Positions 35,937 to 48,864 of a stretch of DNA of 64,000 bases are shown here, piece by piece. The position numbers and the translations under genes are program-made. Every line of letters begins with the position of its first letter. Position 1 is the stretch's first letter. The notes under the pieces were generated by a model, which had not been told where the DNA came from, made no database searches, and was given only the letters and a program-made list of their open reading frames with translations. Source of the DNA: Tubulanus polymorphus (Eukaryota > Animalia > Nemertea); NCBI RefSeq assembly GCF_964204645.1, contig NC_134032.1, positions 3,186,175-3,250,174 of the forward strand, in the 5' to 3' direction.

Positions 35937-38767
35937 TTAGCGGTTAGATCGAAACATATTAGCTGGTTGTATGAACTTTTTCTGTTTACCGATCAGGGTA
36001 AGGCGAACCTTTTTCCAAAACGTAGAACGGGCTTTATGGTCTCGCGGGTATTTCATGTAAACGATATTTGAAATGATCGTCCGCAAGGATTCAGGCATGC
36101 GCGATTCGGGTATATGATCGATATCGAGCACGAGTATGATGTTATTGCCCTCCTCGACGCACCGGGTTGCCGCCATGCTTATCACAAATTCCGTCCATTT
36201 TTCCTTGACGAATGATTCGGTCAACAAAAACACAACCCACCGAGACCCGTAAACGGCATCGGCAATGTTCTGTTGTATGTAGCCACCGAGCGTAAAGTCT
36301 CGAAACTCGACGCAGAATCTCGAAGCGAAATGTTTGGATTTTTCTATTTCCGGTATGAAATCCAAATAGACAAATTGGAGGTCTTCCATGCTATGGCTGA
36401 GGAATCCGTCAAATTTCAAATCATCAGAAGGGTTTATTGTCGTTTGACGTAATCGTTTCGGTAGTATTGGATTAACTTTTACCATCCACCAATAGAACAT
36501 TGACCATCGGTTTTTGGCGACAATTCGTCCAATAGCCATAATGATAACAGCGACGCATAAAGTCGAAAGTGAAATGATTATATCTTTGTGGTTGTCACAT
36601 TCTATCGAATTTAAATGAAAGTCTGCGACAGGAACTCCCGATAGCCGTCTGGGTGAAGCGCATACAAGTTTGAACGTGGTTTTATTGTGTATGGCCGCTG
36701 CCCAAAAGTCCAAATGGTAATACCTCTTTATTCCATGACTTGCTAACTCTATAAGCCAGTTTCGCAATTTCCTTAGTTTACAATCGCATTCAAAGGTATT
36801 ATCGAGAAGGAAAATTGATCTAAAATCTTTTAAATTCATGATTTCAGTACGATCGAAGGTTTTTAGTTGATTCGATGCTAAATCCAAAACGCGTAGGTTT
36901 ATCAGTGGTTTCAACAAACCTGGTTGAATCATTGTCAGTCTATTATACTTCAACCGCAAAAACTTTAAGTCAGGAGTTGCTTCAAACGTGGTTCTATCCA
37001 AATGTCTAATTCCATTTCTGGAGAGATCGAGTTCTTCTATCGAGGGAACTCTGCTTAGGATATGATGGAGTACGTGACTAGGACAGCTGCCAATAATTGT
37101 TCCACTAAGATGCAAATTAGCTAGTCGATAAAACGTCCTCTTCCACATAAGGCTTTTACAAGCGATTTTAAGCAGACGTTTGTCTAAGTAATTAACAAAC
37201 GGTCCGGCAAGGTTGCGTATTTCGATCATACGTATAGATTCGGGTAACAAATCGAACGACTTAAGGCATAACAAAATGTAAGGACTTGTTAATCTAATGA
37301 TCAATACACGCAACTTCCGCAGGTTCGTTATGTCCTTTCTCAAATAGAAATTTCTGTCTAGATAGCCACGCAGCAAATGCCCGGTACAGGGTGATTCAGC
37401 GGAAAACCGGCCAGTAACGTGACATAGGATTCTTAATCCTATCAGTCTGTTGTTTGTGGTTGCGAACAATGTGCGACTATCGAAGCACGCTAAACCCGGA
37501 GAATTGCCTGATAAAAACAAATATAGTTCAGGGTTGGATATCATAAATTCTGTGAGATTCAAATTCTGAATGTTATTTTGTGTCAAATCTACTTTACGAA
37601 GATTAACTTGCCCTTTGAATTGATACTTTTTAAAATTCGTTTCACAATAGTTTAACTCCAAGAGTTTCAACCTTTTGAACCTATGAAAAAAGTCTATATC
37701 TATTTCGGGTATTCGATTAAACATTAGACTTAAAACCTTCAAATTCTGCACAGGTAAATATTTCGATATTGACGCAGTCAACGAGATTGCTTCAAACCGC
37801 CACACTGCTCGTAAATATAGATATTCTAAGAAAAGGCAATTTTGCAAAGAATAAAATAGATTATGAATATCCTCGACAGTGTGCTTTGTAGGACATGCTT
37901 TTTTGATGAGTCCCGGTAAGTTATGCTGATATAGCAGGAAAAAATTGTACGCGAAATATTTCAGATGCTTATTTTCCATGAGAGCCTGTTTGTCAATGGA
38001 GTATACTGGATTACACGAAACATCGAGCAATATCAGATTCGGTAGATAATGAAGTGACTTTCGTCCAACCAAAGAACTCAATGCATTTTCTTGTAGCTTT
38101 AGCTCCAATAATCTCGGCAATCGACGGGACGGTTTTATGCTCTTTATCCTATTCTTCGATAAGTAAAGAATATTTATGTTATTCTTTATACGAGGGAACT
38201 TTCCGAGTCTTTTGTGTCTGCAGTTGGCGATACCAAACCTGAAAAATATGTTCAGGTGCTACCGGTATTCATTTTTTTTTCAAAACTGTATTTTATCTCT
38301 TCATAAATTGATAGCTATCAATCAATTTGCATTTGTCATAGCAATACTGGCCGTAAGTTTGACAGTGATCGCCACTAACCGCAGATGTTGCTTTGTTTCA
38401 AGCTTTACTTCACTTTTATTCTTGACCGTACCTTTCAATTCAATATCTAATTCCGCCCTTACTCGGTAACAAATACCAAAATGGTTTGAACTTACCCGCG
38501 TCGATAATAACAGCGACACACTGACGGACAACCGAAGTAAAAGCGTCTGCTGATGATATCGTCGTGTCTTTTAGGACGCCGTTTATCGTTAACTATTCCA
38601 GAATACAGCATCCGACTGTCGTCGAGTGACAGGTATTTCTGATAATCGAGTGAGTTACTTTCTGAACTCCACGGCGTCCTTTCTATTCCATCGATGATTT
38701 CAGATATGATACCACAGTGGCGCAACAGTATCGCAACCACGAGAACTAGAAGTTTAGATGCGGCCAT
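35937..38767 (-). CDS. Toll-like receptor, single-cysteine-cluster type; exons 38767-38496 and 38238-35937; intact 857 aa
   Basis: Signal peptide MAASKLLVLVVAILL. Phase-2 intron (GG|GTAAGT..TTTTTCAG|G) rebuilds LRRNT CPSVCRC..ANC. LRRs; LRRCT NTFECDC..CASP..C; TM; TIR FDGFLSHS..RDFTLG..FW. Confidence 0.95.
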
Positions 38768-38768
38768 T

Positions 38769-38938
38769 TTCAGTCGGTCACTAAACGCAGCCAACAGACG
38801 ACACAATTCCCGTATGTAATAATGCAATAGATTATACAATGAAATATCGATTCCTCAGTCGGTCACTGATTTCATCGAACAGACGACAAAATTTCCGTGT
38901 ATAAGGATGCAATAGATTATACAATGAAATATCGATTG
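38769..38938. repeat. ~86-bp tandem duplication immediately 5' of the TLR start codon
   Basis: cagtcggtcact..aacagacgaca.aatt.ccgt..atgcaatagattatacaatgaaatatcgatt occurs twice. Confidence 0.85.
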
Positions 38939-39031
38939 GGAATGCAAGCAAAGCGTCCTGCCTGTATAGGATTGTTGTCATTTATAGATACGGGTAATCA
39001 CTTTAATGGGATAATTGAAGTGAGAATTCAA

Positions 39032-39042
39032 GGGAAGCTCCC
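39032..39042. promoter_or_regulatory. Candidate NF-kB site ~265 bp upstream of TLR ATG
   Basis: GGGAAGCTCCC fits GGGRNNYYCC on both strands. Confidence 0.4.
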
Positions 39043-39252
39043 TGCTTGTTTAATGGATTTTTTTTTCATCACACGTTGGCAATGTGTACGTATGTTCCCG
39101 CATCGTACGTTTGCGATATATGTTACTCTCGGCGAAGCGAAAATGTTTTCATAAAATTTGTCAAGTATCTACTTAGGGCAAAGAAACGCTCTGTTAATTC
39201 TGCTGTTCACGATGATCTTGGAGAGTTCCTTTTAGAAATATTCGATGCGAAA

Positions 39253-39658
39253 GGCACCTAGCCAGCCTATTCCATCTTCGCTTGCCAGGGTTTGATTGGC
39301 GCCCGTTCGGACTCGCGCCAACACAATCCCTGGCCGCAAACCCAAAAATCATCTATCACCTAACGACACAATCGTACCGAAAATTAGTACAATTACAATG
39401 TTTAGATTTTGGTAATATAATGAATATATATCTAGCTAATCAGATGCCACTGACTGCGTTGTTTTTACCGGCACGTTTGCTCCATAAATACCACGCATAT
39501 CCGATTTGCTAGATACATAGTCTGGTAGGCGCAGGAACCTGTCCGCCCAAGAAATTGTGGTCAATGCAATAGACCAATGAAGGGTTTGCGGTCAGGGTTT
39601 GTGTCGGCGTAAGCTCCAGCTGGCGGCAAGCGAGGATGGAATAGGCTGGCTAGGTGCC
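39253..39658. mobile_element. Full-length copy of palindromic MITE family A
   Basis: 34-bp TIR with one mismatch: ggcacctagccagcctattccatc(t/c)tcgcttgcc. Confidence 0.85.
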
Positions 39659-40794
39659 ATTTGCGTAAAATATTTCCATGTACTAACCGATTATATTTGA
39701 TAATCTAATTATGCTGATCTCATAAAATAAACTTTGTATCTTAAGACCATCGGTTCAATTCATGGGGTTCAGGTCGTACATGTATTTGGTTATATATGTC
39801 TTGCCGTGTCTAAAAGAAAAAGCAAATGATTAATTTTTATTATTTTCATTATTTCACTTGTATATGTACATCATATGATCCACAGTTTGTTTTAAACAAA
39901 TGCTAAGTAATTAATTCTGTTCACTTTTTGTATTTTGTTTTTGTATTCGACTTGTTTCAACATTAACCACACGAGCTGTATAATGCAAGGGATTTGAAGT
40001 AAAATGGCAGCTAGCAACTGTGAAATGGCTCGTCAGCGTAAGTAGAAGGCACTCGATACGTAAGTCAATAATTTAGGTTCATTGCTCGCTACATAAAATA
40101 CGTATTGAAATGTAATATAGAAATTGGTAATTGATTGTGTGCGGGCCGTTTAAACACATTAAATATTTAAGTGTGAGGTGAAACACCGTACGAATTGAGT
40201 TTTCCCAGTCACGCTGCCTATGACCAGAAAACAGCAAACACAGCGCAATAAATTAAACTCTTTTGAATAACGGGTTTCAGTTGACAGGTTCTTTCTGAGT
40301 TAGATTTGAACAGGAAGTGTTTTGAATACGAAGGAAATATCTTCATTGTTCATTGAAGAAAATATCTAATTCACCATACTGCATTGTAATATTTATCTTC
40401 ATCTCTTATGCGTTTCCCAAAGTTTTTGACATCATTAGAATTCTGAATGGAGTATTTATATTTTGCGCCAATAAAATGAACCAAATACATCCTTTCAATT
40501 TAATTGGATGCGTTTTGCATTTAGTATTTTCCGCCCGATTACGATCAAATTGACATTATTCCGCGCGTATAGATGTAAACACGAGTTCAGAAAATGCCAG
40601 GCAAATTCAGTTCTAGAAACTTGTAAAATGTTTAATCACGAGTGACTAAAATAACCTTTTTTAAAGATTCGGTTGTAATAGATACAAAACCTCTAGATTG
40701 CTGTTTGGCTATTAAAAGACATACTTTGTAGTCGGTCTCGATAAACACTTCAAGGGACACAGCGAACGATCCCTTTCCCCCACAGCGAACGCTT

Positions 40795-41121
40795 ACTTCA
40801 CATGTGTTCAGTGCTTCACCTGAGACATTTTCAATTGAAAATTAACTACAAACACCAGATATTAGACATTTTATCAGCACACTTTCAGAAACTGATCGTC
40901 CACACTTCACATGTGTTCAGTGCTTCACCTGAGACATTTTCAATTGAAAATGAACTACAAACACCAGATATTAGACATTTCATCAGCACACTTTCAGAAA
41001 CTGATCGTCCACACTTCACATGTGTTCAGTGCTTCACCTGAGACATTTTCAATTGAAAATGAACTACAAACACCAGATATTAGACATTTCATCAGCACAC
41101 TTTCAAAAACTGATCGTCCAC
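40795..41121. repeat. 109-bp tandem repeat x3
   Basis: acttcacatgtgttcagtgcttcacctgagac...actgatcgtccac repeated three times, near-identical. Confidence 0.97.
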
Positions 41122-41358
41122 TCATTGCCGTGTTCCGTGTCCGGGACTTCACAAACTGAGGTATTATTTTAAGAATTGAATGCTTACTAACGACCACCTT
41201 TAAAAGCACAAAAATGCTGAACATTACAGTATTGGAATGCAGTTACGTTACGATATCGTTTAGCTGGGTTAGCTGCAGGTTACGGATTAGATAACGTCAG
41301 TACCCAGTCTATCCCCATCCCCACTCAGGTAGAGATACTCATTTCATTGAAATCATGT

Positions 41359-41854
41359 CTACTGTCTGTCACACATGCTCTTCGTGCGACGTTTTGGTCC
41401 GTAATTTCGTTAATAATCGGTTGATCTGTAAATATTATGCATCAATTTGTTCAGTAAGGAATTTGCATTCAGAAATAAATCATGAACTGGCATAAATTTG
41501 TTTGTGTTTTCTTCTATCAGCGATAGTTTTCCTAGCATACGCTCGCGTAATGCTGAAAAAACGGCTTTTATGGCCCGTCACGTGGCGCCACCTACTGTAT
41601 TTTGATATGCTTATGAGCAGGTGATGACGTTTCCGAGCGTTCGCGGAGCGGATTTTTCAGCATAACGCGAGAGTATGCTGAGTAAACTATCGCTCATAAA
41701 TGAAAACAAAAACAACTTTAGTAAAAATTGTTGTTTATTTCTGAATGCAAATTCCGCACTGAACAAATTGATGCGTCATAAAGGTAGATAAACCGATTAT
41801 TAACGAAATTACGGACCAAAACGTCGCACGGAGAGTAGGTGTGACAGACAGTAG
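41359..41854. mobile_element. Foldback MITE with ~220-bp arms, possible TA TSD (Tc1/mariner-type)
   Basis: ctactgtctgtcacac...cgtgcgacgttttggtccgtaatttcgttaataatcggtt is mirrored at 41787-41854. Confidence 0.9.
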
Positions 41855-44306
41855 TTACGATCGCAATATACTCTCAATTTCTAGCGCCATCTTACGATAC
41901 TTTGGATAAACTACACGTATACGGTATGTGACGAGAGAGTTTGTAGATAAGCCGTGTAGTAGTAACGAGTCGGGAAGCTCAGTCGCCTGAAGCAGAGCCC
42001 GTGCCAAGGTTGCTACCCAGATATTTGGGAAAAGTACTCTTACAAATACATGACGTAGGCTGTATCGAATAGAACATTCCTTATTCACGATCCAACACCC
42101 CCCCCCCCCCTCCCCCACACACATCCCACACCCCCACACCCCACAGCCCCCCTAAAAAGTAACTCAAATGCTAGACACGGGCCTATGATGAAGCTATACA
42201 TTAGCATCACCAGATCGTGTATACTCCGGACAAACCAGTTTCACCAGATCGTATAACATTCGAATAAACCAGTTACGTTCCAAGTTCGTACGGGTTTAAG
42301 GCGAGGTTTTTTACTGTACTGGCAATTCTATTTACTCACACGCCATCTATTGATCATCACGGTTACTACGTATTAGAAACGACCGGCAAAATATTTCCAG
42401 GGTTCAAGCAAACATCGGACACCGTGAACGGTTCTAAGTGAACCTTGATATTTCATTCGCATTTTGGGAGGTATTGATGTTACCTCTAAAAGTACCTCGG
42501 AAAAGATGTTTGGCTCTGAATCGATTCAACAACAAAAAAAACAGTAAAAAATTCGTTTTTCTAAATATCTTCCGACCAAAGACGAGCTTCGTACGAAGAG
42601 TTTTATACTGGCTTGTATCGTCACTGACCACTACTGACCAATTCATACTACTCGTATATGATACTTTGGGCGTGACGAAGAGATGGACAATGTCGCCTAA
42701 TTCGCGACTGGCCTACTGACCTAATAAAGAAGTTTCCAGTTTCTAGGCGCCAATTTGTGGCGGTTCCTCGAGGTCCCCATTGTTGCGATAATTTGCGCTC
42801 ATTTTTTAAACATAAGTTTAGATTGAATATAAAAATAGCTCTGCAGTCCCTTTCTTGATTAACTGAATTCATAGACCATTTTAAAGGTAATGAAATGCAG
42901 ATATTTGCCGGTGATTCTTGAATTTTTTAAATGCAACAATTAAGAGCAGTGACGATGTGAAACCAAGGACCAAGATATTTCAACTGCGCGTCAAAAAATT
43001 GCGATAATTATTGATTTTAAAATATCTAAGTGGTTATTAAAGCTAGATTTCCCATTTTTACTGAGGTTAAAGAACGTTATTTGCTTTAAGGGCCTACGTT
43101 GACATTTTTTGAATATCTCTCTTGACGACTGATCTCTAACCGCTAGAGTTTGAGATTACGCGCCAAAGGGGTCTCCCACTGCGCACCGCCATTTCACTGA
43201 ACATTGAGAGATTTGCGAAAAGCATGGGCGTGTGTCCGATAGCGATACAGCTGACACTCAGATTCTCTCTGCGCATTTGTTATACTGTATAAACAATTTA
43301 ATGAATGGGACATGTTATTTAAAAAAAACCACCATCATTTAGGCTATATGTTTGGCTATATTGATGGAAGTGTTTCATTCTCTGTGATGCATCCTTAACC
43401 ACAAGTTCTATTAACCACTTCAAATAACGGATACATTTTTAAAACATGTACAAGGTATGGAATGATCTAAATCTATTTTGGAATAAATATGTGACTAAAT
43501 TTCAATTATTTTCTATAATTTCCTATTCATTATATACATCTGGGCCGAGTTTGAAATATGATAGAATTTCCATTCAGTTGCCATGGTAGTTAGTAACCTG
43601 TCTGTGGTTTAGTTTCACGATCGGATATTGGTTGGTATAAGCCCATCCGATTATAAAAAGCTTACCACCAACGATTAGGTAACTAACTATTGCCAAGGAA
43701 ACGTAAAAATTGGATCCCGATGGAGGCCCGGCTCCCGGCTTCTAAAATTGATAGTTAGGTTTGTATCAACATCTGTGCCAATTTTCGTGAATTTGTCCAC
43801 CCGGTAACAATTAAAAGACAAACGCTAAGCCATCCTACTAGCGGTACCACCGAGAGGATCGACCCGCGATACTTTGGAGAGTTACCGGCGATCCCCGAAC
43901 CTGGACGGAGCGCTCCTGATGTCGGACGTTTGTGAAGCTATCGTTTGGTGGCGCCCTCTCTTGTGAAGCGCCATCTTGAGTCTGTGTCGAATTAAAACCG
44001 GCTCGTCAAACCCGATCAAACACACTCAACGGCAGCCGCTCTACGATCCAGTACTCGCCCTTGTGCAGCGGTGACACTGACGGTATTTTATCGCGAATTT
44101 TAGGAACCAGTTAATCGCAGTGAATACAGCTGAGTGAACTGTTTGTTAGCCGTTTAATATTGTGATTCCGGAAGAAGATCGTTTTTAATATAACAACCAA
44201 CGGAGGAGATTTCACCTCGGTCGGTGAGAAGAGAGGAGATCACATCAGTCATCATCAGTTAATTGTTTGGTTTGTTTTAAACTTGTGTTGGGGTTAAACT
44301 TGTAAC

Positions 44307-47300
44307 ATGGAAGTTAAAAACGATTCATTGACGCTCAATAAACGGGTAGATACAGACTTCAGACCCCACCTGATGACGTCAATACCCGATGAACACGAGG
44401 GTGAACAGTCACGTGTTATATGTGCGCAGTATCGCTCCACTGATTATATATATAGTGTGAATGATAATGATATACAGAGATACATAGGAATTATGGTAAG
44501 ATACGAGGACTCGATACTGATAGTAACGGGTTTCTGTTTGTGGTCGTGAGGAAAAACAGTGAATTCATCCTGAGAAAATATAAAAATCAGAGAAAACTCT
44601 TCGAAGAAAATATCACTGATATCCTGTCTGGAGGCTGTGGATCCTTCGTAATCCGTGATCACAATATCTATATACAGTCATTGAGAGACGTTCATGTTTT
44701 ACGTTAATTAGAAAACCCTACTGTAAACAGTTTGATCTTTAGAAACCAAGTGAAGGAGTATCAGCTCCCGGATGGAGATTACGAATATATCAACTGTTTC
44801 GATGTCGATTCAAAGGGACGTATGTTTCTCTACTGTTCGCATACACATAGATTACTGTATCTAACACCAGAAGCAGAACTGATGGGTTTTATCATTATGA
44901 AATATTGCGGACTAACATTTGATCCACTTACAGGATCCCTGTGTGTTATTGATGATGATCATGTATTACTAACGGTATACTCTGATACTAATAACAGAGG
45001 ATCTGTTATCAGTATCAGATATAATAATGTGGGGTTTATAGATCACCGTATAATACTGAACTCTACAGACACTAGGACATGTGACATACATCACGTGTGT
45101 AACAGTAACGCTGTAGTTATCCATCACTGGGATAACAGTAATAAACAGCGATCACTGAGATTCTACAATATAAACACTGTGGAACCAGCTCCAGATGTCA
45201 GAGGGAATGTGTGTGAATCGGGTGGAATAGATCAATACTATATGAATCGTGAACACAGAGGCCTCGCTCTTATTATATCAAATAAGGAATTTGACAACGG
45301 TGAAACTAGGATTGGCACCGAGTTTGATGTGGAGTCTTTACGCGGGGTGTTTAGTGATTTAGGCTTCGAAGTTGTCGTCTGTAAGAATTTGACTGCGAAG
45401 GAAATGAAATCGAAAATACGTGAAGGCAAGTATAAGAGTTTTATTATTTCAACTTACTAGAGCGGGACCACAATTAGGCTAGATCAGTACCTAGTAGGTC
45501 AGACGCGTAGAGTCGGACCCCGGTCGAAAATGGCTCCTAGAATGAACGAGAGGTTTCCAATTGGACCCATCAGTTTGTCAACATGAATTGGGGTTTGGCT
45601 AATACACAGCACTGCGGTGTATTAGTCCACCCGTATCCACCCTGACTATTACTCCTCAATCCACCTGTATCCACCCTGACTATTACTCCTCAATCCACCT
45701 GTATCCACCCTGACTATTACTCCTCAAGCCACCTGTATCCACCCTAACTATAACACCTCAATCCACCTGTATCCACCCTGACTATTACTCCTCAATCCAC
45801 CTGTATCCACCCTGACTATTACTCCTCAATCCACCAGTATCCACCCTGACTATTCCTCCTGAATACACCCGTATCCACCCTGACTATTACTCCTCAATCC
45901 ACCTGTATCCACCCTAACTATAAAACCTCAATCCACCTGTATCCACCCTGACTAAAACTCCTCAATCCACCTGTATCCACCCTGACTATTACTCCTCAAT
46001 CCACCTGTATCCACCCTGACTATTACTCCTCAATCCACCTGTATCCACCCTGACTATTACTCCTCAATCCACCAGTATCCACCCTGACTATTCCTCCTCA
46101 ATACACCCGTATCCACCCTGACTATTACTCCTCAATCCACCTGTATCCTCCCTAACTATAAAACCTCAATCCACCTGTATCCACCCTGACAAACTCTTCA
46201 ATCCACCTGTATACACCCTGACTATTACTCCTCAAGCCACCTGTATCCACCCTAACTATAACACCTCAATCCACCTGTATCCACCCTGACTATTACTTCC
46301 CAATCCACCTGTATCCACCTTAACTATTTCACCTCAATCCACCTGTATCCACCCTGACTATTACTCCTCCAGCCATCTGCTTCCACCCTTACTATAACAC
46401 CTCAATCTACCTGTATCCACCCTGACTATTACTCCTCCATCCACCTGTATCCACCCTGACTATTACTCCTCAAGCCATCTGTATCCACCCTAACCATAAC
46501 ACCTCAATCCACCTGTATCCACCCTGACTATTACTCCTCAATCCACCTGTATCCACCTTAACTATTACACTTCAATCCACCTGTATCCACCCTGACTATT
46601 ACTCCTCAATCCACCTGTATCCACCCTGACTATTACTCCTCAATCCACCTGTATCCACCCTGACTATTACTCCTCAATCCACCTGTATCCACCTTAACTA
46701 TTACACCTCAATCCACCTGTATCCACCCTGACTATTACTCCTCCAGCCATCTGCTTCCACCCTTACTAGTATTACTTGGAAGAGTAATGATGGACAGGGT
46801 GGATAAAGTGGCTCGTAGTATCCATGAATCGCTAGTTTCAAAGGATTTATGGATATGATTCTAATGCGAAATTGGAATTAACCGATTTAAACACTGTACA
46901 ATTTTTCAGCTGCCGCAAATCCTATACATGGTGAATCGGCTGCCTTTGTTTGTGTAATACTTAGTCATGGAAAAAAGGGTGACAAAGTTATTGGAACTGA
47001 TGATGAAGCTGTTCGTGTTGAAGAACTAGTCAAACCATTCAAAGGTGATGCGTGTGAAGCTTTAGCTGGAAAACCAAAACCTACTATTCTTTATTCAGGT
47101 AAACAGTATTCAGGAAGTTACGATGGCTCGCTACGATTCCGTGTGTCCTCGATAACTCCAAAAATGAATTTCAGCTAAATTCCCAAAAGTCCCCGAAAAC
47201 TTTTTGAATTTTGAGAAATTGACAATTCGAAAATTTTAAGCCCACTTGAGACTTAAATCTCAGTTTGTCATTGCAATCACTTAGGGTGCACAGTATTATA

Positions 47301-48096
47301 TTTGCATCGTGTATCTTTTCTTGAGTGTATTTTTGATATTCATGAAATGCTATCAAAGGTTGTTTTGTGTAAGTTGTGGAGAAGTCAATAAATATGAACT
47401 AATCAATTCTCTCAGGTTCGGGGGATCATATCTTACTCTCCACTGTCCCCTTGCGATACCCAAACCTAAATTATTCAAGAGCACCATACTTTGATTTTTG
47501 GTAATAGTTTAATTGACAGGCTTGTCGGGGACAGCTTCGAGAGCAAGGTGTATTATTCACTGATTCTGAGCCAATTGATGCTAATGGAGGTTTGAGAATT
47601 CCGAATGAAGCTGATGTCCTGATCGCCTACGCAACTGTTCCAGGTAAGAGTTATGTATCTGCTTTAGATCGGTAAAAACCTATTGAAACCGCGGGTTAGA
47701 AATTTTTATATTAATAGTAAAAATCTTTGGTATCCGGGTCTATTTTTTACCACATTGTCAAAGCCTTAAAAAATACCAATAACATCATTTCCAATATGGA
47801 AATCTCTAAATAGATTTATGTAGGCCTATACCCTCACCCCCTATTTCATTTTTGAACCACAATTGTTTCGTTATTTTCCATAGGTTACGTTTCCTGGAGG
47901 GATGCAGAGGAAGGATCATGGTTTATACAAACCCTGTGTAAAGTTTTGAAGGAACATTATCGTTCGTTGGACCTTGTAAGAATGTTGACACGAGTCCAGC
48001 GTAAAGTTGCGGATGAATTCAAAACAAAAAAGGAACACAAACAAATGCCGTGTTACCACATTAAGGAAAGATTTGTATTTTGCTCGTAAATCTTAA
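44307..48096 (+). pseudogene. Caspase gene with NHL/beta-propeller-like prodomain, frameshifted. Exons ~44307-45425, 46910-47098, 47520-47643, 47884-48096
   Basis: p20 start YYMNREHRGLALIISN..RIGT..D; ILSHG; GKPK/LFFIQ|ACRG; IPNEADVLIAYATVPG|YVSWR..GSWFIQ; KQMPC/TLRKDLYF. GC-AG first intron. Frameshifts at ~47080 and ~48053 and several in 44480-44735. Confidence 0.9.
45627..46768. repeat. 34-bp minisatellite, ~33 copies, in caspase intron 1
   Basis: Unit ccacctgtatccaccctgactattactcctcaat. Confidence 0.98.
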
Positions 48097-48638
48097 TCGA
48101 GATGCTACTTAAATTCAGGATTGAATTGCATTAACAGGCCTGGTAGTGTTTGGGAATTAATGGGGGTTATGACGAACTACCTCGAGATCCTAAATTTCCG
48201 CATTTGAAACTGGATTTGTCGAAAAGGAATACAGTTTTGGGCTTGCCTTATCCACACCCAACGTTAAGGAAAATGAAGAATGAAACCTTGATTCCTTGAA
48301 AATTTCTAAACCAAAAACTTTTTCAAGGTCCTTGAATTTGAGCAAAATGCCTGAAAGTCATTGAAAACTCCAAAAAACGGCCTCGGCCTCTGACGCACAC
48401 CATCTTTCGCCAGCTCATTATAGTTAGTATGAATGATACAAACTGTGTGCTGGGATTCTGTTGAACCTCTTGGACAAAAGAATCACGTTCTTGGTACTTT
48501 CACTTCTTTTTTGGAAAAATTGAAAAATCACCCGTGAAAATCTTGGGAATTTTCAACTGATTTAGGCCTAACTGTGGGAACCAAGCAATCAGACTACATT
48601 ATATTCGACATGATATGAAATGAAAAAGTGAGTGATAT

Positions 48639-48864
48639 TTAGGCTAAGAAAAATGGATACCTTGTTTCTCATTTTCTGCTGAGCTTAAAAAGTTGACCCC
48701 GCCCTTCCAACTATCTACCCTGTACATTTAATTTAAATTGTAATCATGTCGATCAAGTTAACAATAAAACAGACTCGGCAATATTGAAATGATCTGATAA
48801 AAAATATTGCAGTTTTCAAAAGCGACCCGGCCGATTAGGAGAAACGAGGTATTGTTTTGCCTAA
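48639..48864. mobile_element. MITE family B (PIF/Harbinger-like, TTA/TAA flanks); related termini at ~3957-3990, 21305, 24061, 49150-49195, 53270
   Basis: TIR consensus aggct(a)aaaa..gatacct.gtttctc, with inverted counterpart gagaaacgaggtattgttttgcct at the right end. Confidence 0.7.

Noticed and set aside
38322-38531. Separate ORF or frameshifted TLR segment
   Set aside because: Lies mostly in the TLR intron (38495-38239); splicing gives an intact LRRNT.
40802-41224. Three overlapping ORFs
   Set aside because: Artefacts of the 109-bp tandem repeat.
45627-46768. CRISPR-like array
   Set aside because: Head-to-tail units with no unique spacers, eukaryotic intron context, no cas genes; the same applies to the 49456 and 59984 arrays.
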